A stretch of DNA of 64,000 bases, taken from NCBI GenBank assembly GCA_965240325.2, contig OZ251226.1:2232001-2296000 (forward strand), in the 5' to 3' direction. A model generated the notes under the pieces. It was not told the origin of the DNA. It did no database searches and saw nothing but the letters and a program-made list of their open reading frames with translations. Positions 23,342 to 36,527 of this stretch are shown in pieces. The position numbers were made by a program, and so were the translations under genes. The stretch is from Rebecca billardiae RCC1528 (Eukaryota > Protista > Haptophyta). Position 1 is the first letter of the stretch, and every line of letters starts with the position of its first letter.

Positions 23342-24301
23342 GCGCAGTATAGCAAGCTGTCGTCTGGCACGACTCGGATCGGCTGCCTGAGCCTCTCGGA
23401 CAGACGGACAGGCTTGACCGCCCTGCCCGGCTTGACCGTCGTCGAAATCCGGACATCGACCGAATGCGTGGCTCTGCTGCCGCCAGCTCGTCAAGTGGTT
23501 CGTGGACCGCCCTGCTCCTCATGAGTCGTCCTAATTGACATATATCAGCTGCCAAGTGCCAGCAGTTCATATTCAGATTGGCTCTCAGATGTGACGATCC
23601 GTCATCCGATGTCCCGGGCGCCGCGGGGCGCGGGCGCGTCGTCCGCGATGGACCGCACCGCCGGCGAGCCCGGCGACGTCGAATAAAATCGTCCTCGCCG
23701 CGCGGACGATCCGGAATCGGGACTGTACCGACTAGTATGACTCAGTTACTCACTAGTCACTAAGCTACTGTGATAGTACTGATAGTGATGACTTGATGAG
23801 TGACGACGACTCGACGACTGGACACGACGGTTGATACTTGATGAGTTAGTAGACGCGACGTAGTCGTACGTAGTCGTCGTAGTATATCATCAGCACTAGC
23901 ACTAGCAGTCGTCTGCAGTGCTCACTCTCTCGGCAGAGAGTAAGCTATCTGCTATGTCACTCATGATTGCCATTCGCCCATATACTATATAGCCGGGCAT
24001 ATATTCCAGACCGCCGCCACGGTACACAGTCGGACAGGCTACAGTCGTCCAGATTTTCAGATATATATATGAATTATATAATGAATTATATAATATAATA
24101 TATGAATGACTACGATCACTATGAAGGCCATGATCACAGATGATGCGCTACTGCTACTGCTGACGCGGCAAATGACGCGGCAAATGACGTACAGATGCGC
24201 GCAGCTGTGAGCTGACGGCCGCCGATCATCGCGCCGTGCCGTCGCCCCGGCGAAGGCCGCACGAGTCGCATATCCTCTGCGGACTCGGACGTGCCACCTC
24301 G

Positions 24302-27230
24302 TCAGCTCGGGTGCGCACCGCCGCGGCTGTCAGCTGTGCTTCTCGCCAGCGGGCCGGCAGCCGCGCCGGCGGGGCCGACGAGGCCGCCGCCGCTGCCGGT
24401 GCGGACGACCGCGCGCGAGAGCATCTCGAGCGGCCGTCGCCACGGGCCGCGCCGCTCGGCCGCGCGCTGCTCCGCCTCGGCCGCGGCGCGCCAGAGCGGC
24501 TCGACGACGGGCGAGCGCGCAGCCACGAGCGCGGCGATCTCCGCCTCCGCATGCAGCGCGGCCTCGTCCGCGCCGAGAGCGTACTGGGCCGTGGGCGCAA
24601 GCCCGAGCCGCGCGCGCGGCGGCCGGCGCGCGTGCGCCACGCGCGCGCCGCCGCCGGCCGCGCCCGTGCTGCACGACGGATCGGCATACAGCTCGTCGAG
24701 GTAGACGTGCGTCGCGCGCGCGCGCAGCTCGTGGAGCAGCCCGCGCGGCGTGCGCGCGCGCCGCGCCGGCGGGCGCGCCCCACCGGGCGGGGCGGCGATC
24801 TGCTTGCCCGGCGAGGGCGCGGGCGCGGGCTGCCGCTGCCCGCGCCACTCCCTGAGCGCGGGCGCAGTGCCGAGGCCGGCGAGCCGGTGCGCGTTGAGTA
24901 GCGCCTCGACGCGCGCGGGCGTGATCTGCGCAGCGGACATCGGCTCGTCCTCGTCCTCGTCGTCGCGCGCGCCGTCCGCGCGCGAGACCCTTGGCGCGCG
25001 CGGCGGCGTGCGCGCCGCGGCCAGCTCGGCGCGGCTGCCGTGTGCCGAGCTCGCTACCTCCTGGTCCACCGCCCACGCGGCAACGGTGTCGAGCGCGCCG
25101 AGCGCGCGGCGCAGCCGCTTGGCGAAGCGCGCGGTGCGCCGGTGCGCGACGCAGATGGCGCCGAGCGCGGCGGCGGCGGCGGCGGCGAGCGAGATGAGCC
25201 CAGCCAGCATGGCGTTCAGCAGCCCAACCGATGGCGGCGGCTCCTTGCAAATCACCGCGCCGCGCGCCGCGCACGCGGTCGCGCTGCCGTTGCGGATGGC
25301 GCCGAGCGCGCGCGCGGACGGGGCGGGCTGCGTGCTCGCGTTGCGCGCGGGCGCGCCCTCGTCGCCGCCGCCGCCGCCCGTGTCCACGCCGCCCGGCCGC
25401 ACGCCGGACGGCGTGTCGCACGCCGCGCACGCCGGTGGGTACAGATACAAAAGTCCGGCCAGGTCGTCCGCGGTCACGCAGCTCATCGGCACGCGCTGCG
25501 CGGCCACGGAGTGCATGAGCGAGCGGCGGCGGCTGGCGGCGGGCGCGCCGTCGGCGGCGCCGCCGCCGGCGTCGCCGCCGCCGCCGCCGAGCGGCTCGAC
25601 GCCGAGCGGCTCGGCGCCGGCGCCCGTGCCCGCGCCATCCTCCGACACGGCCGTGCCCGCCTCCGCGCGCGCGCCGCCGCCTTCGGCGCCTCCGCCCTCC
25701 TCCGCCTCCTCCTCGAGCTGCAGAGAGCTCTGCCCGCCAGCGAGGACCGGCTCGAACGCTGCGAACGCGCACTCCTCCGCCTCCGCGCCCGGCACGTCGC
25801 CGCGCACGAAGAGCGTGCGCAGCGCGAACGCGCGCTCGTACGCGTCCGGATGCGCGAAGCCGAGGGCGTGTCCCGCCTCATGCGCGGTGACGGCCCCAAA
25901 GTCGAAGCACTCGAAGCACGGGACGAGCACGCTCGCGTGCAGCAGGGGTGGCATGCACAGTAAGAAGGCTGCGCATGGCCACGCGCACCGCGCGCACAGC
26001 GAGGCGCACGCCAGCGCGCGCGAGGGCTCGGGCTCCGCGGGCGCGGCGCCGCCAGCCGCCGACGGCGCGCGCGCCGTCGGCGTCCCGCCCGCCGCCGCTG
26101 GGCTGAGCGGCGCAGCCGGTGGGGTGAGCGAGCCGGAGCGTCGGCGCGGGCGCGCGGCGCGCGCGCCCGCGCCGTCCGCTGTGGGCTCGGGCGGCGCGGC
26201 GTCCGCGACGACGCTCGCGCGGCCGAGCTCCAGCGCCAGCGAGCGGTCCGTCGCGGCCGAGCGCGCCGCGCGCGTGCGCTCGCGCGCGGCCGCGTGCGCG
26301 CGCGCCCCCAGCTGCCGAAGCACGACCAGTGCGCCGAAGAGCCACAGCAGCAGCAAGGCGAGCCGCGCGCGCGAGTAGAGCGCGGAGCCCTCCGCCGCGT
26401 CGTCGCCGTCCGAGTCGGACGCGTCCGCGCTGAGCGGGTTGCGGAAGAGCGCGCACGCCGGCGCGTCCACGTACCAGCAGTTGCTGCGCGCGCGGCGGAG
26501 GGCGCGCGCGCGGCGGCGCTGGTCAGCGCAAAGCGCCGAGGCGCGCGCGCCGGGCTCGCGTGGCGCCGCCTCGGGCGTGCGCGGCGTGCGCGGCGCACCG
26601 CGTGTTGAAGGTGATGTGCGCGCTCGCGATCGCGCCGCCGGGGCGCAGCGTGCCGTCCGTCGCGCGCACGCCCGACAGCTCGAACTTGCCCACGATGCGC
26701 GTGCTCGCCCCGAAGCTCACGTCCAGCTCGCGCGCGCTCACGAGGATCTCTGCGTGCTCGCACCAGCCGTCGCGCGGCGTGAGGCCGGCGGCGGCGTCGG
26801 CCTCGCAGCGCGCGGAGACGTCGACGAAGGAGATGTGCGTCGAGTGCGCCGACCACGCCGCGAAGCCGCGCGCCACCGCGTCGCCCACCGCGATGCAGTC
26901 GGGCGCCGCCCACGGCGCGAGCGGGCCAGCTGCCAGCAGCTCGCGCTCACGGAAGCGCGGCAGCAGCCGCTCGCACAGGTCGGGCGCGAGCGCGTAGGTG
27001 AGCCCACGGCCGAGCCCTTTCGAAGACGAGCTCGAGGCGGGCAGCTCCCACCGCTGCGTCTGCCACTCCATCGACGTGATCTCCGCGGCAGGCACCTCGT
27101 CGTCGCCGTCGTCCGCGCGCGCGGCGAGGTCATCCGCGATCGCGCTCAGGTTGCGGAAGCGCGCGACCCACGCGCTGGCGGGCGCGGAGGTCGCGAGGCA
27201 CACGAGCGCGGCCACGGCCGTGCCCCTCAT
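24302..27230 (-). CDS. Matrixin-like (M10 metzincin) membrane metallopeptidase
   Basis: Signal peptide; AVARGFAAWSAHSTHISFVDV; intron 26484-26598 gives ITFNTR|NCWYVD; zinc motif HEAGHALGFAHP; Met-turn SLMHS; DDLAGLLYLYP; later TM. Confidence 0.85.
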
Positions 27231-27900
27231 GCGCCACGCCCAGCTCGCCCTCGCTCCTGGGCCACCACCGGCCGCTTAGCACGCTGTTGACGCGTGCGAC
27301 ATCGCCGTGAGCTTTTGCCCGGCGAACCCCTCCGCCGGAACGCGCGAGATCTCGGAGAAGACAGTCAGAAGTCGGATCTCAAACTTCATGATGGCGCAGT
27401 CTCGTCAATCCGATGAACACTCTCAAGTCTCAATTACTCTGAACTCACTCTCTGAACTGCAGACTACCTCTTCAAGTCACAAGTGACCTGCCTGGCTGGT
27501 GATCACGAGTCATCGATATCAGTCGTCATCATATCAGTACATGACGATCATGCTGGACAGCTGCGGTGCAGCTGCCATGATGAGTCGTCCGGACTCGACT
27601 CGCGCAGACTGAGGAGGAACCGACCTCGTTGTTCTGTCGCCGTCCGAGCTCGTGACGGGCCGCCCTGCCTGCGGCTGCTGGTCGCGCGCGAGAAGACGTC
27701 TGACGTTCGCCCCGCCACCGCCAGTCCGAGGCGGTGCTCGGCGTCGGCTGCTGCCCACCCGCCACTCACGCTCAGACACAGTCAGAGCACCGCGCGCGCC
27801 GAGCGGCTTGTCAAGTGCTCTGCAGTCCGCAGACCCCGGCGGCGCGCCGCGCGCACGCTGGGCTGGGCCCGGCGCGGCGCGCCACCGCGCGAGAGGCGTG

Positions 27901-29018
27901 TCACACCGGGCCCAGCTCAGCGGGCTGCGCGCCGCTGCCGCCCGCCACCGACTCCTGGTGCCGTCGGAACGCGCCGTGCCGGTAGTAGTGGTGCACGACC
28001 GTCTGCAGCTTGCGCTCGTTGAAGACGTTCTCGTGGATGGCGAGCAAGTCGCGGTCGTACGCGAGCATGCCCGCGTCGAGGGCAGCCACCTCGCCCGGCC
28101 GCCACGCGACGCCGTGCTCCTGCGAGGCGCGAGGGGCGCGGGAGGGGCGAGGCTCGCGGTGGGTGGGTCGAGCGGGCAGGCAGCCGCGCGCGTCGGTGCT
28201 CGGCGGGGCGGCGTGCACGCGCGCCGAGGCCACACGGCGCAGCAGGCGCGCAAGCGCGGCCGCGCGCGGGCGGCCGGGCCAGCACGCGCGGCGCGGCGCG
28301 CGGCGCGCGCGCGCGCACCGGGTGTGCGCGCAGGCCAGACCAGAGCGGCGCGTGCATCAGCGCGAGTGGCCTTGATTGTGACGCCTCCATCACCTGCGTG
28401 CGCACGGCGCGCACGCGTGCGCGCGACGGCACGCGTCAGCGGCGCGCTCTGGCGCGAATGCGCGCGCGCGCGCGACGGGCGCCGGAACGCGCGGGCGCGC
28501 GCGGCCGGCCAGCCCGGCTGCCGAGTCCCACGCGCGGCCACGCGGCCGCGCACCGTGGCTGTGTCCTTGAGCTGCCACGCGACCGTCACACGCAGCGCGT
28601 CGAGCGCGGCCTCCGCGTCGTGCCCAAGCGCGGTGAGCGCGGACAGCGCCGTCTCTTCGGAGAAGTCGAGCGCCTCGCACCGGTCGCTCAGCGCGCGCGC
28701 CTGCCGCAGGAAATCGCGCAACGCGCCTGCCTCCATCGCGCCCGGCCCCGACCAGAGCCGCTGGCCCGCGCGCTCGTCGTCGCCGAGCCGCGCGAGCTCC
28801 TCTGCGCTCGGCGGCGGCACGGCCTCGGGTATCTCCGAAGCGCCCACCTGGAAGTCGTCGCCGATCATCGGCTCCTGGTACGGGTACTCTGAGGCGAGAT
28901 AGTTTGGGGCCTCCGTGCCTCCGTCGGGGTCCGCCGCGCCGTCTGCGCCGTCCGCGTCGGCGCCGCCCGCGCCGCCCGTCGGCGCCGTGGACGCCGCAGG
29001 CGGGGCGGGCCCGCCCAG

Positions 29019-29053
<35 letters not shown>

Positions 29054-29300
29054 ACCCCGTGATTGGCGTGGGTGCCGAGAAGGGAGCGCCGCCCCCCGCG
29101 TTCTGCCCGAGCCCCTTCTGCAGCAGGTCGAGCGCGCGGCTCATCACATCCACAGGCACGCGGCAGAGGCCCGACTCCCAGCGGGAGAGGGTCTGCTGGT
29201 TGACTGGGTGCGCTGGGCGGAGCAGGGCGCCGAACTGCGGCTGCGAGAGCTGCAGCTTCTCACGGATGACCCTCAGTCTGAGCTTCGGCTCGAGCGCCGC

Positions 29301-29331
<31 letters not shown>

Positions 29332-31201
29332 GCGGTGGTCGAGTTGTCGCGCCCGATGCGCGGTGTCGTCGTCCCACTGCCTGCGCCGCGCAAGCCGCCG
29401 CCGCCGCCGCCGCCGCCGCCGCGCGAGCTGCCGCCGCCGCTCGCGCCCGCGGCGGCGGCGGCCGCCGCCGCTGCTGCGGGCAGCTGGGCACTCGAAGTGT
29501 CGCGCGCGCGCGCTCCGCCGCCGTCCTTCGTGCCGGCACCGCCGGCACCGCCGGCACCGCCGCCGGCACCGCCGCCACGGAGGGCCGCGCCTCCGCCTTT
29601 TGCGTCCGCGGCCACGTCAATGCCGGCCGCGCCCGTGGCGCCACCGCCGACGCTCGCGGGACCAAGCGAGGCGCCTGCACCGCCCGCGTTGCCCGCGGCA
29701 GCCGCCGCGCCGCCAGCTGTGCCGGCCGCCGCGCCGCCACCGCTGCCGCTGCGGCCGCCGGCTCGGCCACCGCCACCGCCAACGCCGCCACTGCTCCCGG
29801 CGCCGGCGCCGGCGCCCGCCTCGGCCGCGCCCTTGGCTGCGGCGCTGGCTGCGTCGGCGCCCGCGGCGGCAGGCAGCGTCTGCTGCGCGCGCGCCGAGCC
29901 GCCGCCGCCGCCGCTGCTGCGCGCGCGCTTGCTGCCCGCCGCCGCGCCGCCGCCGCGCGGCGGCGGCGGCGGCGGCGGCGGCTCGGCGCGCGGGCTCGTC
30001 GCCCCGCCCGCGCCCACACTTGGCGTGGGCGCGGGCTGAGCGCTCGCGCCTCCGGCAGACGGCGCTGGCCGCTTGCCGCTCGAGTGCGAGCCTCGACGGG
30101 AGGGCGGGCCCGAAGCCGCGCCGCCGCCCGCGGCGCCGGCCGAAGGTGCGCTCGGCACGGCGCCGGACGCCGCGCCGGCGGCCTCGCGCGAGGCCGCCCC
30201 TGCGGCGGTGGGCGCGGCCGAGCCCGCCGCGGCGCCGGCGGCGGCCGCCGCGGCCGCCGAGGCGGCGGTGCGGCCGTTCGGCTTCGCTGAGGAGCCGCCT
30301 GGCTGGACGACGGCGGGCGCGGCGGGCGTGCTGCTGGGCTGCGGCGGGCCCGCGGCGGGCTTGGGCGGGGGCGGCGCGCTCGACGCGGGCGGGCGGCTCG
30401 GCGCGCGCTCGGGCACGACCGCCGCTGCGGTGGCCGCTGCGGCGGCGACCGCCGCGGCGCGCATTGGCGGCGCGCTCGGCGGCGGCCGCTTCGGCGCGGC
30501 GGCACTCTTCTTGCTCAGCTTGTCGGCGGCGGCGCTCGGCGCGGGCCGGTGGCGCAGGCGCGGGCCAGCGAGCTCGGACGGGTCCTGCCCGAGCTCCGCC
30601 GCGAGCCGGTTGCGCTTCTGCTTCTTCGAGTACATGCGGCAGTGCGTGTGGTCGCGGCCGCACGAGTTGTCGGCAGCGACGCAGCAGCACTGCCTGCGGC
30701 ACACGGCGCAGATCCACTCGCCCGCGCGGTCGTCGTCGGCGTACGGGTCGGTCTGCTCGTCGGCGCCGATGGCCACGCCCGGCGCCCCCTCGTGCCCCGC
30801 GCCGCGCTTGCGGTTGTACACGTGGTCGAAGTGCGCGTTCACGCAGTTGGTGCACAGCACGCGGCCGCAGCCGAGCGACGTGCAGTATAGCACCTCGCTC
30901 GAGCCGGTGTGCTTGCCGTTGCAGTAGTGGCACTTGGGCTCCTCGAACGCGTCCGACGAGCGCCCGCGCCGCCGGCCCAGCTCGGGCTCGTAGTCGTCCT
31001 CTGACTCGTCGTTGCCGCCTGCGCGCGCGGGCGGCAGCAGTGGCGGCCGAGTAGGGGCAAGCGCGACGCGTGGGTCGGCCGCGCAGAGGGCGGAGGGCGC
31101 GCGCAAGCGCGGTGGCGGGAGCGGGAGGAGAGGTGCACGGGCCGCGAGGCGCCCGCTGACGCCACCGCCTCGCGCGCCTCCACGCAGCGGCGCGCACCCA
31201 T
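27901..31201 (-). CDS. Chromatin/transcription regulator: Cys-rich (zf-4CXXC/ADD-like) finger + XRE/Cro-type HTH + ELM2-SANT
   Basis: CHYC..CTSLGCGRVLCTNC..WICAVCRRQCCC; LRVIREKLQLSQPQFGALL..VNQQTLSRWESG; EPMIGDDFQV; WRPGEVAALDAGMLAYDRDLLAIH..VVHHYY. Model: ATGG micro-exon 31198-31201, intron 31019-31197, intron(s) within 28120-28553. Confidence 0.75.
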
Positions 31202-31397
31202 CCTCGGCGCGCGAGGCCCCGCCGAGGGGCCTGCGCGAGGCCTCGATCTCGTACTCGAGTGGCCCTTCGCACGATGGCGGCGCTGCCCACACCGATGACA
31301 GGGCCACGGACAGGCCTCTGCAGCAGTGCAGCTTGGGCAAGTGCACTTTCGCGGCGCCTTCGTCTTCAAGGGTGGTCAGCGCGCCGGCGGCGGCAGC

Positions 31398-32191
31398 ATG
31401 GAGCGGTGCCAGGCGTGCCTCACAAACTCGCGCAACAACCCGAGAGCACTGATCGCGCTCAAGCTCTTCTCCCTCGGCAGCGGCATCTTCCTGCTTGTCG
31501 CCGGCCTGCTCGGCTGCATCTCCCTCTTCACGCAGCCCTTCCTCATCGTCGTGAGCGCGTATGCCATCATCTTCGGCTTCATGGTCATCGGTGCGCGCGC
31601 CGATGCACGCGTGCGCGCGCCACGCGCGCCACTCGCGTGTGTGCCCCTCTCGCGCGCGCCGACGCGGCTTACCGCACGCGCCGCACGCCCCTGCGCCACC
31701 CTCGCCGCCACGGCGCAGTCATCGAGCACGGCACGTGGCTGGACAACATGCCACTTCTCGATTCCTTCTACCAGCTCCTGGACGCAGAGTTCCACATGGT
31801 GGCGTCGCAGCGCGGCAAGGGGTTCTTCTACACGGGCGTCGGCGTGCTCACGCTGTTCATCCGCGATGAGAGCGCCTTCAGCCTCTCGACCATCGGCGTC
31901 GCCTCGATCTGCCTCATCATTGCGGGCGTACTTCACTCGTTCCGAATCGTGCACGAGGAGGCGATGGCGAGCGGCAGCAAGCAGGAGGGTGGCGCGCAGC
32001 TAAGCGGCGGGGCGGAGGCGGGTGCTGCGGGGGGCGGCGGGCAGCCGGCGTTCCCGCCGCCCAACGCCGGCGCGGTGCCGCCCGTGGAGCACCCGCCGCC
32101 ACCGCCCGCCGAGGCGGGCACCACCGGCCACGAGTGGAACTCGATGGTGGCCAGCGTACACGAGCGGGAAGGCGGCGAGGGGCAGGTCTGA
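31398..32191 (+). CDS. COPI-associated / Golgi TVP15-like membrane protein
   Basis: VSAYAIIFGFMVIV-IE after intron 31591-31718; FHMVASQRGKGFFYTGVG; 4 TMs. Confidence 0.75.
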
Positions 32192-32963
32192 GGGCGGACT
32201 CTGGCCCTGACAGCGTCCGCCTGAGCCCGGGTGCATGGCTCTGTCGGACTCGCCGCGCTTCGCAGACGGCAGCTCACTTCACTTCAGAGGCAGGGTGAGG
32301 GTCAGGGCATGGCGATTGTCTGACGCCGCGCCGCCGTCGGTGTCCGAGCCCGAGGCCGCCGCGGGCGGTCCGACTCGTTACAGCAGGTGCCAGCAGCGGA
32401 GCCTGTGTGAGTGTGTCAGCGCCAGTGCGCCACGCCACGCGGTCTTGGGCGGCACCACTCAGGCACTCTCGTCCCGCTGATGATGACACGCTCATCAAAG
32501 GTGATGATGGATTAAGTGCAGCCCCGCCGGCGCCGCCCTGCGCGTTCACGAGACACGACGCCGACGCGCCCGACGCCACTCGCCAGTCGCCACGCCGGCA
32601 CGCCGCGGCCACGCGGACGACGCCGGCCTCACGTGCCTGACCCCGTGCCCGACGCACTGCCCGTGCTCGCCGGGCCGCCGTTGCCGTGTCGCCTGCTGGC
32701 GCTGTCAGACTGTCAGTCGTCAGACTGACGAGTGACGTGAGTACGTGACTCGGTCTCGCCTGCCACCGCCACCGGCCGCCGCGCCGGGCCAGCCTGAGGG
32801 CAGGGCCTGAGGCTGAGGCCCCCGGCGGCCACCCCCGGGGCGCCGCCGGCGCCGGCCGACCCGCCGCGGCCCGACCCGCGCCGGCCCCGCGGGCCCCGGC
32901 CGCCCCGGCGGCCCGGGCGCCGGTCTCGTTCAAACTTACGACTCTGTGGATCAGCATTATTGC

Positions 32964-34197
32964 CGGCTCCGGATTCGGTTGACCCCTGCCAGTGGCGGGC
33001 ATTCTGAGAACCGAGTCGAAGTCACTCGAGCGGACCATATAGCCGGGTCCCTCCCGACCCCCGATTGATGGCTTCAAAGCGACATTGAGCATACACCCAC
33101 CTCCCAATATGTTTCAGGCTCAATTTTCATAAGTAACACATACAGAAATCTGACCGAAATCCGAAAATGGGTAAATGCATATTGGCGCGGGTATTTCTGA
33201 CGGAACTTGTATTCCATTTCATGCATCACGCACGCCATGACCATGTATGTCACGCCTCACGGCAGCTCACCCGGCCCCGCACTCTTGTGCCGCGCTCTTC
33301 TCTCAGCTGGTACACCGCCGGACGCGGCCGCTCCGCCGCCGCTGCCGCGTGCCTCCGCCTCGTGCCGCGTGCTGGGGCGCCGCTGAAAGTCGGGCGTGAT
33401 CGGTTGCACGGGCGTGAGCACGACAACGCCGCGGACGATCGTGTCGCTCTCGATCTCGCCGGTGCCCAGCTCGCGCGAGCGCCGGTCAAGATCCATGCGC
33501 GCGTATCGCTTGAAATCAGACTCGCCCCCCCATCGTCCACCACTGCCCGTCCGCCTCCTTCTGCCGCTTGCTGCTTGTCTCGGGCTCTGAGTCGCCCTCG
33601 TCGCGACTTGCAGTGTCGAGCGCGTAAGGATCACAAAGTACTCGTCCAGACAGAGAGGCCTGAGCTTATCGACGACGAGATGGAAAAGCATCCGCTCCAT
33701 CGTGTTGTGCGTCCTCGACATGTTCACCTTGATCTGATTGCAGAGGTCCGGAGACGGCGCAACGTGCAGAGAGGCTTGCACCGACCGTGGAGTGCACTGA
33801 CGAGGTCGTGCCAGACACCGTGTGCACGATCTCCAGGTCACGCGCGACCGCAAAGAGGTGCTCGGCATCGCGGTCGCCAAGATTACCTCCCAGCTGTTCG
33901 TACGAGACGTCGGTGTCGAACACGATGCGCACACCCACGCGACCCGCGCCCGCACCACCATAGTGGGCAAAAGGCCCAAAGTACCCGGACTCCCAGTAGA
34001 AATGGTGAAAATCGGGCTCTGGCGCCGTGTAAAAACAAGCGATCGCGGCAAACGGTGCGGATTCGCGCTCAGCTCGCCAACCCGAGTCCAGCAAGCCTTC
34101 GACCGCCTCCGTGCGACCTCGCGAAGGTCGTTTTCATTTTCGGTACGCCCGGTTTCTATGACCGGACTGGCAGGGGTCAACCGAAGCCGGAGCCTGC
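32964..34197 (-). mobile_element. Degenerate non-autonomous hAT-like transposon
   Basis: Inverted repeats GGCTCCGG(A/C)TTCGGTTGACCCCTGCCAGT at ~32965-32993 and ~34166-34194. Frameshifted internal peptide FYWE...LFAVARDLEIVHTVSGTTSSV...NMS..TMERMLF resembles the hAT C-terminal dimerisation domain. Confidence 0.6.
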
Positions 34198-34248
34198 CAA
34201 CTTACTAGTTACTACCGAGACGTACGACCGGTTTTTCCACGCGAAGCC

Positions 34249-36527
34249 TCACGTTGGCCCGCCGAGCGAGCGCAGGAGCGCATCCGCCGCCGCGGCAGCG
34301 TCGGCGCCGTCGCTGCCGTGCGCCATCAGCTCGCCCAGCGCCTCGAGCAGCCGCAGCCGCATGCCAAGCGGCGAGACCCGCAGCCGCTCCGCCAGCAGCG
34401 CCTCCTGCGCCGCGGCGTCCAGCCGGCTGAGCTGGCACAGCGCGCGCCCGTCGATGCCCTCGGCGACAAAGGCGCTCGCCGACGCCTCCGCGAGGCCGAG
34501 GCCGCGCACCCACTCAGCGGTGCGCTCCGGGGTCCACGCGTGCACGGGGCAGCGCGCGGCCACGCGCATCTGGCGCGCCTGCACGCCAAGCGCCTGCGAC
34601 GCCACCTCGAGGCACGCCTGCTCCAGGTCTGCCGCGCTCACAACCGGCCTCGGCGGCGGGTTCTGCGCGCGCTCTTGCTCGGCCACGCGCGCCGGCGCCG
34701 CAGCGGCCGCGCGGCGCATCGCGCGCGACGCAGCCGCGCGCACCAGCCCAGCGAGGTCGGCCCCCGTCAGCCCGTCCGAGAGCTCGACCACGCGCTCGAG
34801 CGCGGCCTCGGCGTCCGGCGCGAGCAGCCCAGCCCCCGCCATCCGCCGCGTGTGGATCCGCAGGATGTCGCGCCGGCCGGCCGCGTCCGGCGCGCCCACG
34901 CGCACGTGCACCTCAAACCGACCAGGCCGGAGCAGCGCGCGATCGATCAGCTCGATCCGGTTGGTGGTGCCGACGAGGAGGACGTTGTCGAGGGAGCGCA
35001 CGCCGTCGAGCTTGGCGAGCAGCGTGTTCACGATCGAGTCGCGGATCCCCGGGTCGCCCTTGAGCGAGCCGCGCTCGCGGGTGAACGCGTCGAGCTCGTC
35101 GAGGATGATGACATGCAGCCGCTCCGAGGCCGCGGCCGCAGCGGCCTGCGCGGCCGCGGCCGCGGCGCCGTCGGCGCGCGGCGGCGCGGCGGCGCGGGCG
35201 TCTGCGGCGACCGCGTCGCGCTCGGCGTCGACGAAGAGCTCGCGCACCCAGCGCTCCGACTCGCCCACGTAGCGCGACATCATCTCCGGCCCGCTCACCA
35301 CCTTGACGCTCGCCGCGCCCATCGCCTCGGCGATCCGTCGGGCGAGAAGTGTCTTGCCGCAGCCCGGCGGCCCGTGCAGCAGCAGCCCGCGCGGCACGCT
35401 GACGCCGAGCGCCTCGCGGACCTCCACGGGCTGCGTGCGCGGCGCGAGGAGGCGGCGGTCGATCTGCTCCAGCTCCGCGTCCAGCCCGCCCACCGCATCG
35501 GCGATCAGCTCGAGCGCGGGGCGCGCCTCGCCACCGTCTGCGTCGCCGTCATCGCCTGCACCGTCTGCGCCCTCGGCCGGAAGCGTCGCATGCAGTTTGC
35601 GCACGATCGCGCCGAGCGCACACGCCTCGGGCTCGGCGGCGTCGTCGGGCTCGGCCAGCTGCACCGCGTCACGCCCGACGACGGGCACCACCGGCGAGAG
35701 CAGCGCCACCTCGAGTACCACGCACGAGCCGCCGCGCGCGGGCTCCAGCGCCTGCGGCAGGCCGCCAAAAGTCCGGACAGGCGCGCCGTCCTGCTCGTCG
35801 TGCTGCGCACACTTGCGCGACATCACCTTGACGGGCGGCCGCGCGCCGCGGGGCGAGAGCTGCCAGCGAGTGAGCTCGAACGCGCCGCACAGCGCCCAGT
35901 GCAGCAGGATCGTGCCCACCGGATGCGTGCGCATTGGCAGCCGCGACCCCAGAGGCAGTGCGTAGGCCGTGACAAGGCAACGCGCGTCGTCTGCGAGCGC
36001 GGACTGCAGCGGGGCACGAGAAAGCTCCCAGCCCGGCGCGGGCTCGGCGCTGAGGCCGACCAGCTGTGCCGCCACCTCCTCGATCGCGCACGCATCGCAC
36101 CACGTGCCGTCTGAGAAGGGCGAGGTTTGGGCTGCCTGTGGGGCATCAGAGAGAGTGCAGTCGCGCGGTCGCGCGCGGCGCGCACGCGTCGGCTTGTGTG
36201 CGCGGGGGGCGAGCGCGCACGCGCCGCGCGCGCACCCTGCTCGCGGCCCGATCGCTTCGCGCCTACCTTACTCTTGAACGCGCTCGAGCTCGCAGATGAC
36301 GCCGATGCCGCGCGCGCTGCGTCGAGCAACGGCGCGAGCGCAGGGTCGAGCTGACTCGGCGGTGGGCGCGTCGACGTGTTCGCGACGTGCGCGCGCACGA
36401 CGCGCGAGCCCCGCGGGCGGAGTAGCCCGCACCGTGCGCCGCGGATCCCTGGGGTGAACGCCCGCGGCCGCCCGGCCGCGAAAGCCGCGAGCGCGAAGAG
36501 GAGCGCGATGCGGCCGAGCATCGTCAT
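34249..36527 (-). CDS. Plastid-targeted AAA+ ATPase (NSF/CDC48-like module) with N-terminal degenerate cupin and C-terminal SAM domain
   Basis: Presequence MLGRIALLFALAAFAAGRPRAF; intron 36111-36271; Walker A GPPGCGKT; Walker B IILDELD; SRH TNRIELIDRALLRPGRF; C-terminal WTPERTAEWVRGLGL..FVAEGIDGRAL..LGMRLRLL. Confidence 0.85.

Noticed and set aside
24060-24190. AT-rich (TA)n patch and 12-bp tandem TGACGCGGCAAA
   Set aside because: Simple low-complexity repeats.
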